Positions 63,485 to 64,000 of a DNA stretch of 64,000 bases are shown piece by piece. The notes below the pieces were generated by a model. It had not been told where the DNA came from and did not search any database. It worked only from the letters and a program-made list of their open reading frames with translations. The stretch is from Rhizodiscina lignyota (lineage: Eukaryota), in the NCBI GenBank assembly GCA_010015805.1, contig ML978143.1, positions 124,001-188,000 on the forward strand. The letters run 5' to 3'. A program made the position numbers and the translations under genes. Numbering within the stretch: position 1 is the first letter of the stretch; the number at the start of each line of letters is the position of its first letter.

Positions 63485-64000
63485 ATGCCACGAACATGGA
63501 GGGCTTGGTGCCCAAGACTTCAGCACAAGATTGATAACGCAAAACCTCGAAAAAGACGCAGAGCGCTGCGAAAACTACTGCGTCAAATGCCCCATCTTTC
63601 AGAGATCCTTTCTGAACTCTTGAAGCAGAAGGTGCCATTTGTGCAGAGCCTGAGAGTGGGGTATTCATTGCAACTTTTCCAAATACCTTACAGTCTACTC
63701 ACTAACAACAATACCCAGAGATAATATCTATTCGGCAGAGAACCGTAACCTAGCTGGATCAGGCGTTGGACATACTGCAGAAGAGGAGGACGAAGAGCCT
63801 GTAACATCTCCTTTCTCAGATCGCACGCCGAATTCAGGTCAAGCCGCCAGTGGAGTGTCAGAGAATGAAAGTCTCCTCGCGCAAGATGAAAGCGACCTCA
63901 CGTTCATGGATACTCAATCTGGGCCTGCTTCAAACCACACCCAGAGCCATAATAATACCCGTGCTTCTACATCTAAGCGCAATCACTATCCTTTTATTGG
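63485..64000 (+). CDS. Tandem-array gene 5 (5' part; continues beyond the window)
   Basis: KIDNAKPRKRRRALRKLLRQMPHLSEILSELL, then intron 63661-63718 (phase 2). Acidic/Ser-rich exon 2 is open to the window end. Confidence 0.7.

Overview
Gene-dense window from a filamentous ascomycete (Pezizomycotina) nuclear genome, with short spliceosomal introns and CTRAY branch points. The class could not be fixed from sequence alone. Recognisable genes: SWC5, the DIP2/CPS1 tandem acyl-AMP-ligase gene, an NCS1 nucleobase permease, an atypical cytochrome P450, poly(A) polymerase, an APH-like kinase, a flavin reductase-like protein, a homoserine-acetyltransferase-family hydrolase, a PhyH-family dioxygenase, calcineurin B, a DUF1770-type protein, an NTF2/SnoaL-like protein, an LCAT-like hydrolase and the ER Hsp70 LHS1. 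Decayed sequence includes a DUF1996-WSC pseudogene carrying a 233-bp insertion with a 6-bp target-site duplication, a HET-domain pseudogene and several F-box-like remnants. The most striking structure is at 54.1-64 kb: a head-to-tail array of at least five highly diverged paralogues. All five share a short N-terminal helical domain followed by a phase-2 intron. The four complete copies continue through a long disordered linker to a C-terminal 8-ligand Cys/His (CHORD/REXO1-like) zinc module split by a phase-1 intron. Each copy has MCB-type (ACGCGT/ACGCGA) sites upstream, suggesting a co-regulated G1/S or DNA-damage gene family. All gene models were spliced by eye and no database searches were run.
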